The notes beneath the pieces are model-generated. The model was not told the origin of the DNA and did no database searches. It was given only the letters and a program-made list of their open reading frames with translations. Shown piece by piece: positions 19,563-28,349 of a stretch of 64,000 nucleotides of DNA; positions within the stretch are counted from its first letter, which is position 1, and each line of letters starts with the position of its first letter. This DNA is from Halobacteriovoraceae bacterium (GTDB lineage Bacteria; Bdellovibrionota; Bacteriovoracia; Bacteriovoracales; Bacteriovoracaceae): positions 320,001-384,000 of the forward strand of contig CAVRCF010000005.1 in the NCBI GenBank assembly GCA_963719505.1, written 5' to 3'. The position numbers were made by a program, and so were the translations under genes.

Positions 19563-19952
19563 ATGGAAAGCATCATAGTTGTCAGCAAGGTAAAAAAATT
19601 CATAAAAGAGAAATATGGGTTTAATACATCCTCAAACTTTTTTGATCCAATTAACAAAGATCTTTATGAGGCCCTAGATAAGGCAAGTGAGCATACAAAG
19701 TCTACAGACCGAAAAACTGTCATGGGACGTGACTTTAACTTCTATATCGATAAACCTGAAGTGGATGTCGTTTTAGTTGTCGCAAGTAAAATTAAATCCT
19801 ATGTTAAAGAAACTCACGGGCTCAGTACCTCAAAACAAGTTATGGAACAACTTACTGTAAGAATTCAAAAGATGATTGAAATGGCTGCTCAAAAAGCAAC
19901 TGAAGCTAAAAGAAAAACAATTATGGATAGAGATATAGAAGATCTTATTTAA
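19563..19952 (+). CDS. Tandem double histone-fold protein (doublet of an HBb/Bd0055-type bacterial histone)
   Basis: ATG 19563 with AAGGA RBS; two internal repeats, IIVVSKVKKFIKE..GFNTS..RKTVMGRDF and VLVVASKIKSYVKE..GLSTS..RKTIMDRDI, each with the histone RKT(V/I)xxxD signature. Confidence 0.85.
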   Translation: MESIIVVSKVKKFIKEKYGFNTSSNFFDPINKDLYEALDKASEHTKSTDRKTVMGRDFNFYIDKPEVDVVLVVASKIKSYVKETHGLSTSKQVMEQLTVRIQKMIEMAAQKATEAKRKTIMDRDIEDLI

Positions 19953-19990
19953 GGTCCTCTCAATCCATTCATCAAATAAAAGAGACAGTT

Positions 19991-20647
19991 GTGGTTGAGA
20001 ATCTGAACATGGACTTTTCAAAAAGAGTTGTTATTAAAACAAACGACTTAGATTGGATCCAGTCTCCCAGTTCCGGTATCAATCGCAAACCTCTTGAACG
20101 TCAAAATGCAGAAAGCGGAAGGACAACTTCGATAGTGGAGTATCTTCCCGGTTCGAAATTTAAAACTCATTCCCACCCAGGGGGTGAAGAAATTCTAGTG
20201 TTAGAGGGAGTTTTCTCCGATGAAACTGGAGACTACCCTGCAGGAAGCTATCTTCGAAATCCCCCAGGTTCATCTCACGCCCCTTTTAGTGAAAAAGGGT
20301 GCAAGCTTTTTGTCAAACTTCACCAGTTCGATTTAGAAGACAATCAAAGCGTCAAATTTAACACCAAGGAACAAGCTTGGAGAGCAGGACATGGCCAATT
20401 AGAAGTGATGCCACTTCACTCGTTTAAAACTGAAAGCTGTGCTCTAGTAAAATGGCCTAAAGGTGAAAAATTTCTGCCCCATTCCCATTTTGGTGGCGAA
20501 GAGATCTTTGTCCTTGAAGGCGTTTTTAAAGACGAAAATGGGGATTATCCAAAAGGCACCTGGATCAGAAGTCCCCATCTATCGACTCATCATCCTTTTG
20601 TCGATGAACAGACTATTATCTATGTTAAAACAGGACATTTAAACTAA
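19991..20647 (+). CDS. ChrR-like double cupin protein
   Basis: Two repeats of HSHxGGEEIxVLEGVFxDExGDYPxG; true start may be ATG 20009. Confidence 0.85.
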   Translation: MVENLNMDFSKRVVIKTNDLDWIQSPSSGINRKPLERQNAESGRTTSIVEYLPGSKFKTHSHPGGEEILVLEGVFSDETGDYPAGSYLRNPPGSSHAPFSEKGCKLFVKLHQFDLEDNQSVKFNTKEQAWRAGHGQLEVMPLHSFKTESCALVKWPKGEKFLPHSHFGGEEIFVLEGVFKDENGDYPKGTWIRSPHLSTHHPFVDEQTIIYVKTGHLN

Positions 20648-20655
20648 GCGGATTT

Positions 20656-21636
20656 CTATTGAGGTACTTTGATATCGGGAAAGTCAGTAAAAAGTCCGTC
20701 GAGTTCTAAATCATTTTTTAAAAATTTAAAAAATTTTTCCTCGGACATTCCAAGGCTTAGTGATTCTCTTCTATAGGTGAAGGCATAAAGCTTTAGTTTT
20801 GACTCTCTAACTTTTTTTACAGTATTTGTAAGTTTCAAACCGGAAGAACTATCGATGAGATTATCTAGTGGATAAGAAATAATGGATGCATATTTCTTAA
20901 CTTCTTTGAGACCTTTAAGACTAAACATAGATTTATAGTCAAATGAGGTTTCATTCCAAGAATTTTTCGCCACTAACTGCAACAGAGGGATTGTGGTTTT
21001 AAATTCATTTTTAAGCCTTTTAAGACTGTTTGGCCAAAAGCTTTGTATAATTGCTTTTTGGTCTTTTTCATATCCATACTCACGCAAAACTTTTATCAAA
21101 GCGTGGGTTATATCTTTTTTCATCTTAAGATGAAATTCAACTTGTTTTATTTCTGGAATGATTCCTATATTCTTTTTTCGTGATTTATTTAAAGATTGAA
21201 CCAACTCAATAAACTCTCTAAAGGTTGGAACCTTAAAAGAGAGTGATGAAGAGAATCTATTTGGAAAAATTTGTTCTCCAGTTTTTGGATTAAACCTCTC
21301 CCGAACTGTTAGCGTCTTTATCTCTTTAAGAGTAAAATCAACCGCGTAGAAGCGGCCATCCTCTCTCTTTCTTTTGGGAAACTTTTTCTCTACATCGGTT
21401 GTGGTATCTATATGATGATCGTGTAGGACTACCAGTTCATCATCTTTAGTCATAACGACATCGGGCTCTATATAATCGACATTAAAGGCATGGGCCATCG
21501 CCACTGCTAAAAGAGTATGCTCTGGTAAATAACCGGAAGCCCCTCTGTGAGCCACAAGAGTTAAGCCGAAAACTTGGTTACAAAAAATTATACAAAGAAT
21601 AGATAAACACTTCATAGGAGAAATCTTCCAAATCAA
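20656..21636 (-). CDS. glpQ: Glycerophosphodiester phosphodiesterase
   Basis: AHRGASGYLPEHT, IEPDVVMTKD, VVLHD, PEIK, QSF, GLFTDFP; start codon uncertain. Confidence 0.9.
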   Translation of the reverse strand: MIWKISPMKCLSILCIIFCNQVFGLTLVAHRGASGYLPEHTLLAVAMAHAFNVDYIEPDVVMTKDDELVVLHDHHIDTTTDVEKKFPKRKREDGRFYAVDFTLKEIKTLTVRERFNPKTGEQIFPNRFSSSLSFKVPTFREFIELVQSLNKSRKKNIGIIPEIKQVEFHLKMKKDITHALIKVLREYGYEKDQKAIIQSFWPNSLKRLKNEFKTTIPLLQLVAKNSWNETSFDYKSMFSLKGLKEVKKYASIISYPLDNLIDSSSGLKLTNTVKKVRESKLKLYAFTYRRESLSLGMSEEKFFKFLKNDLELDGLFTDFPDIKVPQ

Positions 21637-21637
21637 G

Positions 21638-22759
21638 TCACAGAGACTTTACTATATAAGCCACTGCGATCCCTAAATAATTACCAACGGCGTAGCCAAT
21701 CAGTCCACTTGTAAGTCCAGAGACAACTATTTCTCTATTGCCGAGCCTCTCTGCAACGGGTCCAACAAATGGTGGACCAAAAATTCCAGCGACACTTGTG
21801 ATAATAGCTGTATCACGATCTATCTTAAAGAGACGGCACAAAAATACGTGAATGGAGATAGAAAGAAACATCACGATCCCCAAAAGAAGCACATAAGTCA
21901 TACTCCCCTTCATCAGTTGTTCAATATTTGCCATGGTCCCAATCGCCACACAGAAAACTAAAAGAAGATACTGACCAACTTCGTAGCTCCCTTTAATCGC
22001 TCTCACTTTTTGAAAGAAAGAAAAGGCAATGCCAAAACTTGTAATGATTAGAATTATAAAAGCAACTTCATCACGCCCAAAGAAAAGCTGGCTAAGGCCA
22101 ATAGAGATTCCAAGGAATATCCCACTCAGTCCTATGAGCCCAAAAAAATGCGCCATTTTATTTAAAAGAGTTAAACTCTCCCATGGATCTATATAATGAA
22201 CTTCTTTATTATCTGAAGAATATTTAAAAGCGGGAAGAAAAAATCCCATAATCTTTACACCGAAAGTGAGGATAAATAAAAGGTAACCAGCACCTAGCAC
22301 GAGATCGGCTCCATTCATTAAAACAAAAACATTCTCATCAACATTTAAGGCCAAACCAATAGCTGTCAGATTTGGCGTTCCACCGGTATACACACCAACC
22401 ATCATGCCGGCGAGCTGCCAATAATTGGCCAGTTCATCTTTGAAACCCAAAGAGACAAAAGCCGAGACAAGACACACGGTAATAACGATGAGAACGAAGG
22501 ATATAACTGTTGGTCTTGCTAACCTAAACCAGCCAACAAAGTTAGTCCCTAAAAGAAGAAGTGGAATGGCGAGTGGAACACTTGCATCTGTTGCCATTTT
22601 TGAAATATTTGAACTTACATCGAAGCCCAAATTTGCAAAAAGAATTCCCACGATATAACAGCAGACCACTGGACTGATAGCACTAATAATTTTTGTCTCT
22701 TTAAGACTTAAAAATAAAAGTGGGGCAAAAAGTGTAATAACAATTTGAACAATATCCAT
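21638..22759 (-). CDS. DUF819-like multi-pass membrane protein
   Basis: About ten hydrophobic segments; GVYTGGTPN and GYAVGNYLG motifs. Confidence 0.7.
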   Translation of the reverse strand: MDIVQIVITLFAPLLFLSLKETKIISAISPVVCCYIVGILFANLGFDVSSNISKMATDASVPLAIPLLLLGTNFVGWFRLARPTVISFVLIVITVCLVSAFVSLGFKDELANYWQLAGMMVGVYTGGTPNLTAIGLALNVDENVFVLMNGADLVLGAGYLLFILTFGVKIMGFFLPAFKYSSDNKEVHYIDPWESLTLLNKMAHFFGLIGLSGIFLGISIGLSQLFFGRDEVAFIILIITSFGIAFSFFQKVRAIKGSYEVGQYLLLVFCVAIGTMANIEQLMKGSMTYVLLLGIVMFLSISIHVFLCRLFKIDRDTAIITSVAGIFGPPFVGPVAERLGNREIVVSGLTSGLIGYAVGNYLGIAVAYIVKSL

Positions 22760-22761
22760 AA

Positions 22762-24624
22762 CTACTCTTTTTTAGCGATTTTCAATAGGTAACTGGCAAT
22801 GGCAAAAAAGGCAATCAGCGACAGCACCTGCTGAATCATTGGACTCATTCCAATAACCTTTAAATCGATATTAAGATAAAGGAAGATTGCCACAATCACT
22901 CCCATAATAGCTTCACCAGCAATAAAGCCTGAACTGAGGAGGACGCCTTTGTCCTTGCTCTCATCTTTAACCGATCTCTTTTTATCCACCATAAATCTGA
23001 TGAGTCCACCAATCATAATCGGTATCGCCAAAGTGACAGGCAGATAAATTCCCACGGCAAGTGGCATGAGGTGTAATCTAAACGCTTTATTTTTTAAGAA
23101 CATCGAGTCGATAAAAATAATAATAATTCCAAATATGGCCCCATAAATAACCATATTGATTGGAAGATCACCACCGCCAAAAAGCCCTTTTGTGATGGCC
23201 GCAAATAAAGTGGCCTGAGGTGCTTTAAGACCCTCTCCAATAACATAAGCATTATGAAGAAGCGTCAAAACTGGTGCAATTATAAAAGCTGGAATAACGA
23301 CACCGATAATTTGAGCATATTGCTGAAATTTTGGAGTCGCCCCAATTAAACTTCCCGTTTTTAAATCTTGAGAACAGTCACCAGCTGTACAAGCTGCACA
23401 ACAAACGACAGCAGCAACTCCTAAGGTTGAAAGAATAGCTGAGTCTCCTTCATAACCTAACGCTAAAAACAGTGCCGCACTAACGAGTAAAGCCGAGATG
23501 GTCATACCACTGACTGGATTATTAGAACTCCCCACAAGTCCCACGATATAACTTGAAACGGCGACAAATAAAAACGAGCAAACGATCATTAAAAGGGTGG
23601 TAAAGATTGAGATGCCAAAGTTTCCAATCATCGACTGATATAAACCGAGCATAATAACAAAACAAAGAAGTAAAACGATAACCATGGCCCAAAGACTCAT
23701 GTCTTGTTGAGTTCTGGCGACAGTCTCCCCTTTATTCTTGTAAGCATCTTTGAGACCACCAATCCCTGCAGAAATTCCTTTCCTGACGGAGAAGATTGAC
23801 CAGACACCACCGGTGATCATTGCCCCAACTCCAAGGTATCTCACTTTCGTTGACCAAAGAGTCCAAGCGATATCGATAGCTGATTGATCTTCCATCCCAA
23901 CGGGGATACCAAGCATGGGAATGGCGATATTAAAACCAATAAGGCCTCCGATAAAAACGAGAGAGGCAACTTCTAGCTTAACAATATAGCCCACCGATAA
24001 AAGAGCAGGTGAAATATCCAAACCAAAAAACCATGTTTTTCCAGCGATGATTTTTGCCGTCTCAACGGTTCCTTGAATAATACCGAGTCCACCTGCAACG
24101 AATTTAAATATTCCTCCAAAGAGAAGACCTTTTAAAATAGTAACAAATCCCTCTCTACTTTCTTCAACACTTGTAGCACTACTGGCCGATGTTAAAACAG
24201 CCGCACAAGCAACCCCTTCCGGATAGATAAGTTCTTTTTCATCTTCTATAAGCGCTCTTCTTAATGGAATCATAAAAATGATCCCTAAAAGACCACCGCT
24301 TATTGCAATAAGTGTGGTTGGCCAAAACTGAAAGTCATTCCAAGCACCAACGATAACGAGTGCTGGTAAAGTAAAAATAATTCCCGCTGCTAATGATTCA
24401 CCGGCAGAAGCCATTGTTTGCACTATATTAGATTCATGAACAGAATCTCGACGAAGAATTCCCTTAAAAACACCCATAGCGATAACTGCTGCAGGAATCG
24501 ATGCCGAAACAGTCATCCCAGCATAGAGGCCTAGGTAAACATTGGCCGCTGTCATGACGACAGCAATAATTAGTCCAAGGCCTATGGCCGTTAGTGTGAA
24601 CTCTTTGGGGGAAGTATTTTGCAT
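22762..24624 (-). CDS. OPT-family oligopeptide transporter
   Basis: ANVYLGLYAGMTVSASIP, ESNIVQT, YPEGVAC, QDLKTG, APQA; ATG 24624 with AAGGA RBS preferred over the ORF-track start. Confidence 0.92.
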   Translation of the reverse strand: MQNTSPKEFTLTAIGLGLIIAVVMTAANVYLGLYAGMTVSASIPAAVIAMGVFKGILRRDSVHESNIVQTMASAGESLAAGIIFTLPALVIVGAWNDFQFWPTTLIAISGGLLGIIFMIPLRRALIEDEKELIYPEGVACAAVLTSASSATSVEESREGFVTILKGLLFGGIFKFVAGGLGIIQGTVETAKIIAGKTWFFGLDISPALLSVGYIVKLEVASLVFIGGLIGFNIAIPMLGIPVGMEDQSAIDIAWTLWSTKVRYLGVGAMITGGVWSIFSVRKGISAGIGGLKDAYKNKGETVARTQQDMSLWAMVIVLLLCFVIMLGLYQSMIGNFGISIFTTLLMIVCSFLFVAVSSYIVGLVGSSNNPVSGMTISALLVSAALFLALGYEGDSAILSTLGVAAVVCCAACTAGDCSQDLKTGSLIGATPKFQQYAQIIGVVIPAFIIAPVLTLLHNAYVIGEGLKAPQATLFAAITKGLFGGGDLPINMVIYGAIFGIIIIFIDSMFLKNKAFRLHLMPLAVGIYLPVTLAIPIMIGGLIRFMVDKKRSVKDESKDKGVLLSSGFIAGEAIMGVIVAIFLYLNIDLKVIGMSPMIQQVLSLIAFFAIASYLLKIAKKE

Positions 24625-24748
24625 ACTGTCATTCCTTAAAAAATAGAAGATTAAACCACTATGATTCACTTTTGCATCGGCTTTGTAAAGGATGCCGTTT
24701 GCTTGTTTAAATATCAAAATAGACTAAAATGCTAGAAAGGAAATTATT

Positions 24749-25663
24749 ATGACACCTGAATGTTCACTTACTCTCTACTTTATCCCTTCTCCATATGGTC
24801 TCAACTGGGAAAGTCCGACAACTTTGGCCCGCGATATTGTCAAAAATTTTGCGGCTAAAGGAAGACTGGGAAATACAAAAAGATTTATGGGTCATGTCAA
24901 TATAGAATTAAAATATACTGATGAAGGACGAGATGTTCATATCATGACGGGAATGGTTGCCTCAAAACTCAATGCAACTTCTCTTCTACTCAAAGACAAG
25001 GTTGGTCTGGGAATCGTTTTTCACAGTTTTCCTGGAAGGCTTGAGTCCAAAGATGAGCTCGTTCCAGAATTAGATAGCTATGCTGATCGCGGCAATAAGA
25101 TGATGAATTTCTGCCAATATCTTATCTCTCTAGAGACGGCCAAAAGAGTTGAAGATTATATCAATGAGTATCGCGCTAAGGATATTGGAAGATACTATGG
25201 CCTGTTTAACTCTCCTTTGCATGGTGAAGGTTCCGGCTGCTCAGCATTTGGCGCGAGTTTTCTGGATGTCATAGGAGCTTTAACTGAAGAGCATAAAAAG
25301 AATTGGGCCAACAAAGTCATCATCCCCCACCGACTCGTGGGTGCACCGCTAAAAAAGAATAAAGTTAATTTTTTTAAAATTCTTTTTAATAAGGACAAAT
25401 GGCAACAAACAAAGACAGATGATAGCCACGAAATATTTTTTTGGGATCCCGATCTTATGTATCAAGACACTCAAAGAAAACTAGAAAATTTACCCGCTGA
25501 TGCAAAAGAGATTAAAATAAGAAATATGTCCGGACTTCAATACGATTTAAAAAATATTAAAACACCCTCTTCTCTTATCTTTAAACGTTACGATGATGAA
25601 GGCCAGGTACGATCGTTCACACCTGAGTTTGATATAAACACAAATATTCATAAATATACCTGA
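24749..25663 (+). CDS. Hypothetical protein, possible permuted papain-like (His-before-Cys) hydrolase
   Basis: 304-aa ORF with AAGGA RBS; GHVNIEL and later GSGCSAFGASFL. Confidence 0.45.
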   Translation: MTPECSLTLYFIPSPYGLNWESPTTLARDIVKNFAAKGRLGNTKRFMGHVNIELKYTDEGRDVHIMTGMVASKLNATSLLLKDKVGLGIVFHSFPGRLESKDELVPELDSYADRGNKMMNFCQYLISLETAKRVEDYINEYRAKDIGRYYGLFNSPLHGEGSGCSAFGASFLDVIGALTEEHKKNWANKVIIPHRLVGAPLKKNKVNFFKILFNKDKWQQTKTDDSHEIFFWDPDLMYQDTQRKLENLPADAKEIKIRNMSGLQYDLKNIKTPSSLIFKRYDDEGQVRSFTPEFDINTNIHKYT

Positions 25664-25668
25664 TGAAC

Positions 25669-25702
25669 CAATATGGCCTGAAGTTTTAAACAGGCCATAT
25701 TG
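25669..25702. terminator. Probable bidirectional intrinsic terminator hairpin
   Basis: Perfect 12-bp inverted repeat CAATATGGCCTG / CAGGCCATATTG with a 10-nt loop, between two convergent genes. Confidence 0.75.
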
Positions 25703-25733
25703 TTAACTTTTACGATTGAACTCCAACCTATTA

Positions 25734-26090
25734 TTAATCACAACTTTCTGAATGTCTGTGTCTTCCTCTTCTTGGACAAGAGTAATCTGTAGAAATATTT
25801 CTCCAAGTCCAACAGTTAACATCAGTAGAGAGCTCTTCTGTTATAATCCAGCTTCCATAGATATCAAGAACCTCGACCACTCCTGTAGCATTCACACCTT
25901 TACACAGTTCTATGCTATATCTCTTACCTTCGCCTTGCATGAACCTATCAAAGTTACATCCTTGACCAACAAGAGATTGGATATTAATTTGGATTTGACC
26001 GTTTTTTGTGCCGCATTTTAAATTTAATGGTGCTGCATAGAGGGATAAAGAGCTTAAAAGCAAAATTGCCTTGATAATCATTTTTTTCAT
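25734..26090 (-). CDS. Small secreted cysteine-containing hypothetical protein
   Basis: AAGGAAG RBS, signal peptide MKKMIIKAILLLSSLSLYA, six Cys. Confidence 0.7.
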   Translation of the reverse strand: MKKMIIKAILLLSSLSLYAAPLNLKCGTKNGQIQINIQSLVGQGCNFDRFMQGEGKRYSIELCKGVNATGVVEVLDIYGSWIITEELSTDVNCWTWRNISTDYSCPRRGRHRHSESCD

Positions 26091-26218
26091 AACGTACTTC
26101 CTTTTTGTCTATTTTTGTTAACTTCTATTTATAAAATACCTTGATTCTAACCTTGTCATCAAGAACATCTAGAGCAATCATACTTGCCTTTTATAACAAG
26201 TACTGCTAAGAATCATCA

Positions 26219-27070
26219 ATGAACTCCTTACTTACAATTACAGAAGCTGAACTCCTTATTGATTTTGAGCAATGTCGGAGCATAGAATCTCTAGCAAATA
26301 AATTAAATAAGGATCCAACTGTAATCTCACGACAACTAAAAAAAATGTCTCACAAAGGTAACTTCTTAGTAAAAGTAAGTGGAAGATGGAAAATAACGAC
26401 TAACGGAAAAAAATTCAATCAACTGACAAGAGACTATATCCTCGCTCAAAATAAAATTACAAATAATGAAGTTCATTTAAGAATTGGAGCGACAAGAGAA
26501 TTTTCTGCTCAGATACTTGCCAAAAATTACCAAGCCCTAAAAAAAGCATTGGGAATAGATAGCTTCAGCATAATTTCTATAGAGTTAGGCGTTGAGGAAA
26601 GTTTATTAAATGGAGAAATTGATTTAGGCTTTGATTGTGGGAGGCCTTTTTCTCCAGATATAGTATTTAAGCAGTGTATAGATGAGCCCATTTCTGTCGT
26701 TGCGTCAAAAAAATATTTTGGCTCTATTAAAGATATAAAATCACTAGAGGACTATCCCCATATTCTTTGTGAAAGAATTGATCCAGAGAAATACTTAAAA
26801 AAAGGCTTTAGATTAAATAATATATCTTCAAGAACAAACGATATTGCAACCGCTAAAAATCTTTGTTTGTCCTCTGAAGGTTGGGCTCTTCTACCCAACT
26901 ATGCCATAAAAAATGAATTAGCTTCTGGTGAGTTAAGGGTTATCAGTGGCCTTACTTATCACCAAGATAAATTCGGAGTTTATTACCTACGCCATAGGAA
27001 AGAGCTTGAGAATATTTTTGAAAAATCGATAAAATGGCTTAAACACAATGGTGGAAGTTTTTTAAATTAA
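26219..27070 (+). CDS. LysR-family transcriptional regulator
   Basis: N-terminal HTH (SIESLANKLNKDPTVISRQLKKM), LRIGA, GEIDLG, GWALLP..ELASGEL. Confidence 0.85.
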   Translation: MNSLLTITEAELLIDFEQCRSIESLANKLNKDPTVISRQLKKMSHKGNFLVKVSGRWKITTNGKKFNQLTRDYILAQNKITNNEVHLRIGATREFSAQILAKNYQALKKALGIDSFSIISIELGVEESLLNGEIDLGFDCGRPFSPDIVFKQCIDEPISVVASKKYFGSIKDIKSLEDYPHILCERIDPEKYLKKGFRLNNISSRTNDIATAKNLCLSSEGWALLPNYAIKNELASGELRVISGLTYHQDKFGVYYLRHRKELENIFEKSIKWLKHNGGSFLN

Positions 27071-27110
27071 TTATTCTTTATAGATCGCTTTTACTAAAAA
27101 AAAATCTTTT

Positions 27111-28349
27111 TTAGAATTTAACTTTATTAACGACGACAAACGGATTTTTTTGACGATGAGACAGAATCCAGTTCTCTGACAGACAAGAGTATCCTCCCAT
27201 TCCCCAACCTGTGCCCCAGCTATTAGTCGCAATAAAACAAAACCTTCCTTCATTCAAGACTGAAGGAAGTTTCACCAATCCGTTGAGAATGATCGAGTGG
27301 CCTAGAGCATGATCATCCAATTGTCCGCCTTTGTTTTTATCCTGCATGAGAATCAAGCCTTCGTTTTGGTAAAAATTAGGACTTAGTTTCGTGCTCATGA
27401 TAACGACCTTATTATTCTGAATGGCCCTAACAGCATCATCCAAGGTGTCGAGATGCTTAAATGATTCTACCTTTACCACAGCTTTAGAGCACCCATCACT
27501 CAGTGGAAGAGAAGTCTCGTTATCATCACTTGTATAAGATTGATAAGGACAATCTTTTTCTAGAGGTATATTTAAGCTCGACTGCTTCTTTGAGTAGTCA
27601 AAACCAAAGCCCACCCAGGAGCCTTTCTTTGAACATTTACGATTTCGACAGTCAGGCTTACTAGACCAATAAAAATACTGCTCACTCAAATCTATTGTCT
27701 TTCCCGCTTGTGCAAGGGCCACTTCAATTGATCGCACCCCCGTAAAAGCGGAACAGGTCGCACGCGCCTTCTGATCCTTTACACCAATGGCCAAAGATTT
27801 ATTCACAAAATGAAATTCTCTGTCTATCTCTATAGATACAGGTTCATTAACTTTGGACTCATCGACAGGAAGGACAAGTGGAATATCAAAAAGATTGGCT
27901 TTATAGGTTTTAATATTTTTAAGATACTCTCTTTTCTCTTTTTCCCAATCAGCTTTTAAAGCTTCGAGCTCTTTAGACCACTGCTTTTTAGAAAGGGCTT
28001 TTGATTTAACCGCCTCTAATTGTGATCTCACCTCATTGGCATGGATGAGAAACTTTTTATTATCTTCTTTTGCAGCGCTCACTATATCGCTACCACTTTT
28101 TGCCAAACGAGGGTCTACGCCATTTTTTAAAGCTAGTTTTTCTCTATTTTCTCGCTTAATTCTCTCGAGAATCTCACGCCCCCTACCGCCAGAATTAACT
28201 GACTTTTTATTAGGGACATCAACTTTAATATCTTTTGTTTTTTCATAAAGTTGAACATAAATGGCATTTAAAATAAGATCTTCTTTCTCTTTTTCAGAAA
28301 GCTCCACTGACCAAGCCCCCAAGCTTAGAAAAAATAAGAAAATAATCAT
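27111..28349 (-). CDS. Secreted papain-like (C1) cysteine peptidase with long N-terminal extension
   Basis: VKDQKARATCSAF (oxyanion Gln, catalytic Cys), DLSEQY, GHSII (His), NSWGTGWGMGGY (Asn). Confidence 0.88.
   Translation of the reverse strand: MIIFLFFLSLGAWSVELSEKEKEDLILNAIYVQLYEKTKDIKVDVPNKKSVNSGGRGREILERIKRENREKLALKNGVDPRLAKSGSDIVSAAKEDNKKFLIHANEVRSQLEAVKSKALSKKQWSKELEALKADWEKEKREYLKNIKTYKANLFDIPLVLPVDESKVNEPVSIEIDREFHFVNKSLAIGVKDQKARATCSAFTGVRSIEVALAQAGKTIDLSEQYFYWSSKPDCRNRKCSKKGSWVGFGFDYSKKQSSLNIPLEKDCPYQSYTSDDNETSLPLSDGCSKAVVKVESFKHLDTLDDAVRAIQNNKVVIMSTKLSPNFYQNEGLILMQDKNKGGQLDDHALGHSIILNGLVKLPSVLNEGRFCFIATNSWGTGWGMGGYSCLSENWILSHRQKNPFVVVNKVKF

Noticed and set aside
24674-24701. Sigma-28 promoter for the OPT operon
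   Set aside because: CAAA-N16-GCCGATGC has off spacing and several mismatches.
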